From Emiliania huxleyi CCMP1516 (Eukaryota), in the NCBI RefSeq assembly GCF_000372725.1, contig NW_005201984.1:248001-312000 (forward strand): 64,000 nt of DNA, written 5' to 3'. Shown in pieces: positions 46,364 to 57,599 of the stretch. Every line of letters starts with the position of its first letter. The stretch's first letter is position 1. A program made the translations under genes and the position numbers. The notes below the pieces were generated by a model that searched no databases, was not told where the DNA came from, and was given only the letters and a program-made list of their open reading frames with translations.

Positions 46364-47544
46364 GCCGGGACAACGCGGCGGGCCGTTTACAGCTGCGGTG
46401 TCCGGCTCCTCAGACCGCATATTTGCATACTCGTACAGGTCTTGAGGCCGTATTAGCCTCAACATTTCTACGTGTGAGTGGGCTCTTGTATCTGAGCAAG
46501 TGCATGCGACAATAGCGCCACATGTACATGTCAGGCGTTGCGTACGGACGTGTGGAAGTCGGAATGTGTATAAAGTACGTATTTGTGGAGGCCGAAGCCG
46601 ACGGATACCTTTTTTTTCGCACTTGGAGCACTCTCTTGGAGCGTCGTGCGGTCATCTTCATCAGCCTCACACGACACACACCCACAGCGCACACAGGGCC
46701 TCACGCTCAGCGCTCAGGGACGGGGAGGGAGCTATGAAGCGCGCATCCCCAGGACCAGAGGTCCCCGCGGCCGGATGATCGGGATCGACCTAGACCTAGT
46801 CTAGAGCAAAAGTTCGCAAGCAAGGGGCCAAAATATAAAGACACCGGTATCCGAGGCGTCGCTCGTGCTTAGCGGGTTCTTTTTCGCACGACACTGGGCG
46901 AGGGAGTCGCATAATACGAGCGTCATCTTGTAGTGAACAGGCCGAGTTTGCGGTTTGAGCGCCCAGCGCAGACCGACCGACCGCAGGGGGGTCCGGTCGA
47001 CGGCCGCGGAAGACCGCAGACCGGAGGGGGGGTCCGGTCGGTCGGAGCACAGACCGAGGGGGCGGGGGGGGGGTCGGTCGGGTTGGCTCGAGGGTCACAC
47101 ACACCGCACACCGACGCTCGCCGCAGCTGTGAATAAATTACTATCTCGAAAACTAGAGACCAAGCGCCCTCTCCCCGTCTAATCACTCCTCGTCGTCCGA
47201 GTGGCTGAGCTCGAGACCGAGACGCTCAGAGCCGCTTGAGCGCGGCCAGAGCTTGTACAAAGCGACGGCAAGCAGGACCAGGCCTGCGACTGCGTAGATG
47301 CTCCACATACATGTGTGGGGTCGGGCTTGCTCGGGCCTCGGCGAAGAAGTCTCCTTGGCGCTTGGCTGCGTAACTAGTTTTCAGAGTGAAAACCGGCGAT
47401 TTCGAAGCGCCCGTGGCGGTTCGCGAGAAGGAGGGAGACAGAGCGTTTGAGGGGGCTCACGGCAAGGACACCGACCGAGGGGGGGGTCGGTCGTCACGCA
47501 GACCACCGACCGGCGGGGGGGTCCCCACGAACTAGGGGGGGTAA

Positions 47545-47860
47545 AAGAAAGAAAACGGACAACCCAAGGGAGGGGTGGGAGGAACTAGGGGGGTAATAAA
47601 ATAAATAAATAAAACGGACACACCAAACAAGGGGTGGGAGAAGGACAGGGTCCCCACCTGCGCGAGCAGGATCTTGTAAGGACGATCAGGGACACAGGGG
47701 AACGGGAGCGGGGAGCGCATCGCGACCCGGAGGGGGGCTGGCTGGGCAGGGTTCACCCACACGACAGGGTCCAGGGATTCCCCTCTCGTATAGGACAAAG
47801 TTGCACCCGGCGGCACGGGGGCAGGCGCGGGCCTCCTACTGGTTGCGCTCTCCTAGTTCT
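47545..47860 (-). mobile_element. Tiny family A tail inserted at the end of a family B-like retroposon
   Basis: GAACTAGGGGGG(G)TAA duplicated at 47529-47544 and 47582-47596 around 47545-47581. It is followed by a (TAAA)n tail and the CCTGCGCGAGCAGG motif. Confidence 0.75.
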
Positions 47861-47964
47861 CCTGCTACTGACAAAAGGGACAGCGACAGGTTCGCAGGCG
47901 CCGGCAAAATTCTTTTCGCTCGCCCGCCCCAAGCGACCACTTTTGCCTGCAACCGCTCTGGTCT

Positions 47965-49205
47965 ATGGCGAGCCCGCGCCTCCTCGCGCTCCTCGTCGTT
48001 GGCTATTACGGCTCCTCTACTCTCAACTCGGTTCTCACAAAGCAGATCCTGACCAGCTTCCCTCGGCCGCTCACGGTGACGCTCTGGCAGCAGCTTTTCT
48101 CTTCGCTCTACTCAGTCCTCCACTTCCGCGTCACCACTGGCCGATGGCTCGACCTGCAGCGCCACGCCAGGAGGGTCATGCCCGTCGCCGTGGCGCTCGT
48201 GATTGCTCTCGTTGCATACAGAGCAGCCTTGCTCCACGCGGCGGTGTCGTTCGCGCAGGTCGTGAAGACGCTGCAGCCGCTCTTCGCCGCGGGCGTCTGC
48301 GCCATCCTCCTCGGCGAGCGCACCCCGCCGATGCGGCTCGGGGCGCTGCTGCTCCTGGTCGCAGGCGTCGGCCTCGCCTCGGCAACCGAGGTCGCGCCTT
48401 CGTCTGGTTGGCCGGCGACATGTGCCCGTGCGCATGTCGCTGACCTGGCACACACCTGCCCGCAGGTGGACTTCCGGCTCGTCGGCTTCCTCCTCGCAGC
48501 GCTCTCGGCGCTGGCGCAGGCGGTGCATGCTGCACTCGCCAAGCAGTGCCTTGGCTCCAGCCGCGCCAGGCCTCTCTCGCCCGACAAGCGAGACAAGCCG
48601 CCCTCGGAGATGGAGCTCTTCGCCCTCGCCGCCGTCTACGCGACCGGCCTGCTAGCGCCCCTGTGGGCCGCGGTCGACCTGCCCTCTCGCGCGACACGGT
48701 ACCGTCAGGACACGTCCGTGACACGTCCACGCCACGTCCAGGTCGATCTCCCGCGCGCCATGCGGCCCGACTACAGCACGGTGGGCCTGCTGCTGCTCAA
48801 CGGCTGCTGCAACCTCGCCGACAAGCTGCTCTCCTTCTGGCTCCTCTGCTTGCTCGCCTCGCCCGTGTCTGCGGCGGTCGTGTCGGTCGTCAAACGGGTC
48901 ATCATCGTCGCAGCGGCCGCGCTCTGGTCCGCCGCCTCCGCCGGCCTGGCCGCTTAGACGCCCTCCGGACTCACGCACCCAGCGTGAATAGGTTCGGCAC
49001 CTCCATTAGCGCCTTGCACGCCTTTGGCGTCGCCACCGCGGCCGCCGGCGTGGGGCTTTATCAGCTGGCGCCCTCCGCCGCAAAGGCGCGCGATTCGGAG
49101 CTGGACGAGGAGGGGCAGCCGCTGGTGGCCTCGCCGGTCCTGCACTTGCAGGCGCCGCACTTGGGTCGCACCCCGCGGAGGCAGCAGCCGCTCCTCCCCG
49201 TGTGA
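47965..49205 (+). CDS. Triose-phosphate/nucleotide-sugar transporter family (TPT, DMT superfamily), 4 exons
   Basis: NSVLTKQILTSFPRPLTVT, AVSFAQVVKTLQPLF, SPVSAAVVSVVKRVIIV and G.A.A..GVGLY. Many hydrophobic helices. Confidence 0.88.
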
Positions 49206-49699
49206 GACAGAGAGAGGCCAAGACCACCCCGTAGTGTCAACGTGTTCTCAGAAAAAGTCAGCTAATCCCCTATAAAACGACGAGTCCCCGTCTCTCGCTC
49301 GCGTCTCGCTCTCGGGGTTTTGAAGAAGTTGCGTAAATTCTTATTTCTGAGCCCCGTGGGCGCTTGCGCGTAAAAGCCGTACGAGCCGGCATTCAGAGAG
49401 AGAGAGAGAGAGAAGTACGACATTCAAGGCCAACTTAAGTGACGGGAGAGTGACAGACGATGCAGAGGTAGTTATAAGCTGATCGTAAGGAGGCAGGTCA
49501 CCTCGTTCCTGGAGGGAAGACGCCAAACTCGTCCAGAAAGAGAGGCGACCGGCGAGGGGGCACTCGGCGTGGCTGGCTGAGGCTCCCGGCAGCCGGTGCG
49601 GGTGGGCGCGGGCGGGCGGTCGGCGTCGACGGGTGCGCCGCCGCCGCCGCCGCCGCGATCGCGCCTCCAGCAAGGCACGAGGGCGCGCGCCTCGCCTCG

Positions 49700-50749
49700 A
49701 GCGGCGGCGTGGTGTTCCGCGAGGGAGCGGACGCCGCGAGGGGCGCCGGTCTGCGCCAGGGCGAGGCGACGTCCTCGTCGCCGTTGCCCTCCGCGCTGTG
49801 CGTGCACATGGGCCGCTCCGGCGGCGGGGCGGGGGAGCCGTCGTCCTCTGCCTCCCGCCCCTCCTCGCCCTGCCGCTCCTGTCCCCTCGCATGCAGCCCG
49901 CCCGCCGCGGCGCAGAGATCGGAGAGAGGGCGCGGTGGCGCACGGCGCGGCGGCAACGGTGGAGTCGACAACGGAGCGGGCGGCGGAGGCGGCGGAGCCA
50001 GGTGAACCCCCGCCTCCGCGTCCCTGAAGAGAGCGCGGCGGCGCGGCAAGCGCGGCTTCGGAAGAGGCGCGCCGGCGCTGTCGCTGCGCAGAGCGCGGTT
50101 CGGCCCCTCGCACGCTGCGAGGCGCTGCCGCGCCGCGTCGAGCGCCGCAGTCAGCTCGCCGGCTCTGAGCTGCGCGCGCCGCAGCAGCAGCGCAAACGCG
50201 AGGGCGAGCGCCGCGGCCGCACCGCCCGCACAGGACGCCTCGCGCCTCGCCCTCTCCGCGGCCTCGGCGGCTGCGGAGAGGCCTGCGGAGGCGCTAGCTG
50301 CGCGCTCGAGGAGGACCTGACAGGGCGGCGGGGCGGCGCAGCGGGCCGTGTGCGTGGCGGCGCAGGGGTCGCTGCAATCTATCGGGAGGCGCCTGCGAGC
50401 TCGCGAGCTGAGCCACCGCCGCCCTCTTGCAGGCTGCTCCCTCCTTTGCCGCCCTCGTGGCAGACACCTCAGCCTCCACGACAGCCCTCGCCGCGGTCGC
50501 CACCGCAGCATCCATCGCCGCCCTCGCTGCGGCCACCTCGGCCTCCATCGCCTCCCTCGCAACCGCTGCAGCCTCGGCCTCCCTCGCCTCCCTCACTGCA
50601 GCCTCGGCCTCCCTCGCCTCCCTCGCCACCGCCGCTGCCTCCGCCTCCGCCACTGCGCTCGCCGCTGCCGCTGCCGCTGCCTCCCGCCTCAGCCTGAGTG
50701 CCGCGGCTGCCGCGGCCTCCTTGGCTGCCTCTGCTGCGACTGCCGACAT
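49700..50749 (-). CDS. Ala/Glu-rich coiled-coil hypothetical protein (3' end uncertain)
   Basis: MSAVAAEAAKE... exon, GC-AG intron at about 50319-50392, then VLLERAASAS... exon. Confidence 0.35.
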
Positions 50750-51595
50750 ATTTCGGCAGCCACTTGCGGACGCGAGACGCTGCGAGATGCCTGCCGGCCG
50801 GTCACCCCACCTATAACGACCGCGACACGCATGTTCCCGCACCGAGAGTGGCTGGGGTTCTCAGTCCGGGCTCCGCAGCGGGCACGTGAACTTTTGGCGG
50901 GTAGTCACATGCGCCGGCCAGGAGAGTAGCTGTCGTGCCGGCCAGGAGACTATCGCGATCACAGCGATTACGTTCGAAAGCGTCATGAGCGGCAGCGCGG
51001 ATTGTGGCAAGTCGATCGCATTGCCGAGAAAGCCGCTCATCGCAGAGTTTCAAGCGCCCGGGGGCCCACAAAGCAGGAACCTTTTTTCTTTTCTCGCGGG
51101 TGCGCTGAGGGCGAGACGATCGATCGAGGGGTCCCGTACCAACCATGGTCCATGCGGAATCGACCCTATCCAGTGCTCGAGTGCTCAAGAAAGAAAAGGA
51201 GAGACAGCTGACAGACAGGTGGAAAAGCTGCGAAGGCCATGTGCCATGATCGGCAGCCTCAAGGTCGTAGGTCGATTTCGATAGCTCTTTCACGTCGGAT
51301 CCCCCTCTTGTCTCCGATATGTCGCGCCTGCGCGCTCGGCGTGTATGTATGTAATCCATATCACCCCCTGCTCCACGACTGGGGCTTTAGGCGGCCGGCG
51401 AGGGTGGGGCGCTAGGCAGCGGTTCGCTTACGGGGGAGCTGCGGGGGAGTCGGGTGTGTTATCAGCGTAGCTAGAAGCCCCATCACCGATGTCGTCGAGT
51501 GGGATGGTTGTACCTCCTCCGTTAATAACCACGTCGCCGCTCACGGCGCTGATCTCCCCGTCGTGCGTCGTCTGCGTCCGTTGGGATAGATCTTG

Positions 51596-52879
51596 TCACT
51601 CCGGCGCGCCGCAATCCCTCGCGCCGCTCCTGCCGAGGTCGGCTTGCTTATCGACGTAGTCGTTCCACTTATGACCACTGTGCCCCTTGACGTGTCTCCA
51701 TGTCACTTCGTGCCTCGACGCCAAGTGCCGCCACGCTGCTCGAAGATAGCTCGCTAGTTGTGCGTTCCCCCCCGGGGAGGTTCTCCCCGTCGCACACGCC
51801 ATCGCGTACTCGCTGTCCGTTCGGACCACCCCTCGTGAGCCTGCTGGTCGTGGTGCTGTGTAGAGTAGTGAGCGAAAGAGCTTCCGCCAATGCTGACAGC
51901 TCCGCCGTGTTATTAGTGTGTTTCCGCGCCCCCACGAAAGCGGCGTGTACGGGGCTAGTCACGACGGGTAGGAACCTATGGCTGGCACCTGTCGAGCCAC
52001 GCGCTCACGTTGGAGAGGAGGTCGGCGATCGAGGTGCCACTCTGGACGTCGAGCACGTTCTACGTTGTGTGCCTCAGCCTGGCCAGATCCGAGTTCCGAG
52101 GGCCCGTATTGCGCCGCGGTCGGGACGCGCCCGCGGTCGATCCGCTTGCCGTCCCGCTGCTGCAGCGAGACGATTGAGCCCTCCTCGATGCGCATCGGCG
52201 GCACCGTGTGGTTCGCCGCCAGCCCAGAGAGCGGGAGCCGCTGGAGCGGGACTCTGCCAGCGGCGCGCCGCAGCGCCCGCTTGTCGGCGTCGTCGAGGTT
52301 CTCGTCATCGGCGATCGCAGCGCGCGCCGCCTTGGCCACGGCAACATCGTTCTGCTGCGGCCCGCTCGGCCGTGTCTGCGTGTTGCAGCATCGCTCCGCC
52401 AGCTCGAGCCAGCGCGACGTCTGGAGCTGCTTTTGGCGAGATGGCAGCGCCTGCTCAGCGACGTTGGGAGGGAGGCGCGAGCGCAACTGGTTGAGACGCC
52501 GCTTCATCGCGGTCTCGCTCCGTGGACCCGAGACCGACATGATCATCGCCGACTTGAGCGGAGCAGTGGGGACCTCCAGCGAGATCCAGAAGGCGTGGAG
52601 CAGCTGCCGGTCCTCTTGCTCCGTCCACGGCTCGGCGCTGCCCCTCCTGCTCCGGTCGCATGTTGAGAGGTAGTGGTTGATAGCAGTCGAGACATCGTCG
52701 TCTGTATCGGTCGGCGAGTCGTCGACACCATCTCCACGCTCCTCCATGCGCGCCTTCAGCGCCGCTGGGCGTTTGCTCTCGTCGGGGTCCGTGCACTCCA
52801 TCACCGCAGTTCGCACGCGCTCAGGGCTGAGCTGCTCGGCGGTGACATTGCAGATGGCCTCGACGAGCTGAGGCGGCAT
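51596..52879 (-). mobile_element. Degenerate retroelement fragment: Myb/SANT-like ORF followed by frameshifted RNase H
   Basis: PWTEQEDRQLL...RSETAMKRR (Myb-like). PVVTSPVHAAFVGARKHTNNTAELSALAEAL, then a frameshift to VRTDSEYA...VTWRHVKGHSGHKWNDYVDKQA (RNase H). Confidence 0.65.
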
Positions 52880-54239
52880 GCGCTCTCGCGAGCCCCTGCA
52901 GTGCAGCCTCCGGACTCATTTCCACGGATGAGCTGCACGCGTCCGACATTACGACGTCGGGGGCGGCGTTGGGGGTCGGCCGGTGGCGTCAGAATGTGGT
53001 TCGCATTCACCGCAGCCGCCGTGACCGTTGTCGGGAGTCAGGGCAGCGGGGTCATGACTGCACGATCCGCGTGACCCCGCACATCCGCACCTGTTCGCCC
53101 ACTCTGGAGGGCGCAGTGGCGTCGGAGTTGCCGGCATCCATCAGCGGGCCACAGCAGGTAACATCTAGGGGTCCCTGGTCGTTTCCGACACTAGGGGGTT
53201 TGCGAAAGGACAAGACGAATTTTTAAAGAATTTGGTTAACCCTCTTTTTCTATTTTTTCTTTCTTTACGCACGGCACCAACTCCGTATCGCCGCCGAGAG
53301 AGACCGCGCGGCGCGCGGCCGCGGCCAGGGGGCCACCGGGGTGAGATTAGTATTAGGAGTGGGGCAGACGCGACACCCGACCGAGCAGTCGACCCGAGCA
53401 GGGCGAGCATCGAGTAGGCTGCACCACAGTCGTCCTCAGCTATGCTTCAAATCCCTGGTCCCAGGGAATTAGAAAGTAGACACAGCGCTGATCGCGCTTT
53501 AGAGAGAGACACCACACATGCTGGACGCGACATATGCTAGACCACACCATTCCACATGGGGACAGACCACAAACCGGGCCGAAGAAGCTTGACTAGAAGC
53601 TAAAGTCATCAAACGCCACAGACGATTGGCAGCCGATTGGCAGCCGCTGCCGCTGCCAGCGCCCTCTAGTAGGCGTCGTCCGCGGAGATGCCCGACTGAA
53701 GAGCGGGCGCGTCCGAGCAGATCCAATACCTATTGGGACACTGTGGTTGGACGGGTAGCCGGCACTTTGGCGCGCAAGCGTGAATTCCGCTCGCCCTGTA
53801 GGGAGGTTCATCCAGTCTGGCGCGATGAAGCACCTGAAGACCGAGGCGGACGTCGTGGAGAGGGGTAGGAGGCGGCGAGGTTTGCGGCGGAGAGGAGGGA
53901 AGTCTCACGTCATCGCGTCGGGAAGGTCCTCCGACGGCCCGCTGGAGCAAACCCACCAATCGGATTCATCCGTGCCAGAGTCAAACGTTTTACTGATCGG
54001 CGCGTGCTCAGCCGCTCGCAATCGGTAGCAGACAGAGTCCCGCTGGGCCTCGAGCTGCGCTGAAAACGTCGCGCGTCTCTTCACAGCACCCGCTGCGCCC
54101 TGCAGCACGACTGAAGCGATCGCACACTCGTTGAGCACAGCTGCGGCCATGGATGCGCCAGTTCGTGTGCACACGTGAGTCGGAAACTCTAATTGGCGAT
54201 TCGCACCAATTGGTCCTTCACAGATTTCTAGATTCTAAG

Positions 54240-54318
54240 AACCAACACCCTTGTTTCCTCCCATCCCAAGGCGGCGTGCCGTCCTCCCCTCCCCCCCTGT
54301 CAGTTTTCTCTTTCTTTA
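54240..54318 (+). mobile_element. Diverged family A-like retroposon tail
   Basis: GGCGGCGTGCCGTCCTCCC...TGTCAGTTTTCTCTTTCTTT. Confidence 0.6.
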
Positions 54319-55191
54319 GAAGAAAATATCGTCCATGAGAGGTTGAGTGAGGTGCGAGCGGGCTCTCTCTGGCTGGAGGCCCTGGGGAGGAGACTACGTA
54401 CGTACCCGCAGGCCTAGAAGGCCCGCGCGCAGGGGGGTGGGACATTACATTGAGACCGCGGTGTCATGATCTTCTTGTTGTTGAGAAAATACGTGCGGCG
54501 CTGCGCGCTGGTTTATGAATGAGAGGATGAGCCCTGGAGGCCCTGTGGATGGGGGGGGGGACTCTTTCGCACCCGCACATCGACCTTGCGTATTTATTTG
54601 AGAAGAAAATACCTCCTGTCGGCCTGTGCGTTCAAACACACGTCGTTCTTCACGCAAAAACACAACCCCGGGGTAACCAACCCGCGGCGCAGAGGGCGCG
54701 GCTGAAGCCACAAGCCGGTTCGAGCGCTCACGCGGCCGCGCAAACGAAAAGCCGCGTTGTGTTGTCGCGTTCGTTGCTTCGTTGGCGCCGGCGGTGCTCT
54801 TCACACGCAAAGACACACGTGTCGTGTGTCGTTCACATCCTCGGATCCAATATCACGGCACACCACACCGGACAGTAGTCGCGAAGAGGGACAAATATCA
54901 CCATGCAGGGATTATCAACTCTACTCAGTGACAGTGTTCACGAAGCCGCTCTAGACACCTCTTAGGGGTCCACACCGACCCGCACCGTTTTGCGCGCGCG
55001 CGTTGTGTGCGGGGGGCACAATATGGGCAGGGCTCTTTAATTTTGCTGTCTGGGAGCTATATTTGATTATTGATATAGAAACGAGAAGAAATCCAGCGAT
55101 GGCACATTGTTCACATTGTTCACATAGTTCAGGATCAACCGAGATCCAACTGCCCGGACTAGAGGGTTTAGCGGACGACGCTCTGGAGCCG

Positions 55192-57289
55192 CTAGAAGTG
55201 GAAGGTCCGCGGGCCCCGACGCTGGCCGCCTCCGCCTCGACCGCCCTTGCGCTGAAACTGCTGCTGGCCCTGCGGGCCGGCGTTGAAGCGCACGTTCCCG
55301 CCTCGCCGCTGCGCCTCCTGCTGCGCCGACTGCCGCTGCGCCCACTTTGGGTCGTCGACGTTCTCGCCGCGGTCGTAGGCGGCGCGGGTGTCGGGGTCGG
55401 AGAGCACCTCGTACGCGCGCGCGATGAGCCTACGGCACGGCACGGCACCCGCTCCGCCGCCTTGCCAGGGGCTCCCCCCCCCCCCCCGGGGGCGAGGCGC
55501 GCTTGAAGTTGCGCTCTGCCTTCTCGAGCCGCGCCTCCTGCCCCTCCGCCCGGTTCTTGTCCGGGTGCCACCGCTTGGCCGCCGCGTGGTACGCCTGTGC
55601 ACGGCGAGGGGTGTGACCGCGCGCACCCGCTGGGCCGCGGAGCGACCGCCGCGCGGAACGCCTTTTTGATCTCGCGCTTGCTCGCCCCTCTCTTGACCGA
55701 GAGGATCGCGTAGTAGTCGCGCACCTTTTGCTTCGGCGCCTGCTGCTGCTGCGGGAAGCGGCCCCCGCCCCGCCCCCGCTGCCCCCGAGCCTGCTGCTGC
55801 TGCTGATGCCACTGCTGCTGCTGCTGCTGCTTCCGCTCACGCCGCTGCTGCTGCTGCGACTGCTGCTGCTGCTGCTGCGGCGCCTCCTCCGGCAGCCGCA
55901 CAAACGAGAGCACCTCCGGCAGCTCCACGCCCGCGGTGGCTGTCGTGAGGCGCGGCAGCGGCTTCCTGGGCGCGAGGGCGGCGGGAGGGAGGCGTCGGGA
56001 GAGGGATGCTCGACGAGCGGATGAGGCGCTCCCTCGATGGCATCGCACTCCTGCTCAGCTCGGCCCGAGAGATCTTGGCGGACCAAAACGAGACTCGGAA
56101 CACCGACCCCGCAGAGAGCGGCGTCGCGCCGCCGCCGCCGCCGACCTCGACCACGAAGGCGGCGCACGGGTGCGTGGCTGCCTCCGAGTCGCACAAACTC
56201 ATCGCCTGCCTACACTCTCAATCCGAAGCGGCGCTCGGCGGATGGCGCGCCGTGGCTGCCTCCTCCCGCGCGCTCGCGGCTCGCTGGATGGTCATCGGCT
56301 CGCGCCTACACGCGCCCAGCGCCCGGGTGGTGAGGGGCGCACCGCGGCGGGCAGCGCCGGGTCCGCCTTCGCACATTGGCTGGCGCCCGCCCAGCCGCGG
56401 GCTCGGGTGGGGCAGGAAGCGGCTCTTGAGAGGGCTGCCCGCGAGGCGGAGGTAGCGCGTCTGCGCGTCTCGCACGTAGAGCGGCCCGCTGCTGGCCGTG
56501 CCGGGAGGCACCTCCGAGGACGAGTACGAGGAGATGTGCTGCGGGCCTGCAGGAGGCTCCCAGGTCGGGACAGTGCGAGGAGGAGTCGCTGCGCGAGGCG
56601 GTGTGCAGCGCGCCCGCAGCAGTCGAGCCCACGGTCGTCGTCGTCGTCGTCGTGCCGACCGCCTTGCACGCGGCGGTCGCGGCGCATTCGACCAGCGCCT
56701 CCTCAACCTTCTTCCGGCTCTTGGACAGCAGCGAAGTCGCCGCGGGACGGCCCCGCTGCCGCCCAAACGAGACAAACATCCGAACCTCTGCACGGCCACG
56801 CGCCTCGGCCGCCTCGCGCTCCTGCTTCACCGCGTCGCCGCGCCGCGCCTGCGCCTCAGCCTGCGCAAAGTACGCGCCGGCCTCCTCCCACTTCCCGTCG
56901 AAGAACTTGGCCTCTCCGAGCGCCATTAGCATCCCCACTGACGCCCTCTTGCCACCGCGCACCGCCCCTCCCGCGGCTTCGCAAGCGCCGATCGCAACCT
57001 GCTCCTTGCGCAGGCGCGCCGCCGAGAGGCAGAGCCCCTCCTGCAGCTCCAGCCGTTTGTCCGGATGCTTTTCCCAGTGCACTGCGTCCGGTGGGCCGAG
57101 CGACTTTGACAGAGACGAGTACGCCTCAAAAGCCTTGTTGTGCAGGCCCTTTTTGAGCGCCCGTCGCGCGCTCTCCCAGAGCTGCTCCTGCTCCTCCGCC
57201 GGAGGTTGCTCCGCGCAGCGGGTGGAAGCGAGTAGGAGGAGGAGGGCTCTCGTCAGCAAGAACGCCCTCCGCCGCGCCAACGACGCCAT
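55192..57289 (-). CDS. Signal peptide - TPR - J-domain co-chaperone (DNAJC3/P58IPK-like), multi-exon
   Basis: RDYYAILSV...EIKK|AYHAAAKRWHPDKN...FK|LIARAYEVLSDPDTRAAYDRGE. TPR-like helices, polyQ linker and hydrophobic N-terminus. Confidence 0.88.
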
Positions 57290-57599
57290 CTTTGCTTTTT
57301 CGGCTCGCCATTTTCTTTCTTTTCCCTCCGCGGCTTGCCTTCTTGTAAGGGCTGGAATTCGTCATCGAATAAACGATTTCGGGCCCGTGAGCTGTGTGGC
57401 GTGTTCGTGTGGCGTGAGGGTTGAGCCGAGTTTGTGTTTGAGGCTGGACGCTGGTTTGCATTGGGGCCAGAAGCGCAGGCCTTTTGGGACCTAGAGAACA
57501 CACACACCCTTTCCCTTTTCACCCAGAACGTACGCAACTACATCCGGTACCTGCAACTACATATCGTACAAGCACCTGCGGGACTGGTCTCTGCCGCTG

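Noticed and set aside
46610..46670. CTGATGA...GAAA on the - strand
   Set aside because: No stem II directly closes the core; likely chance.
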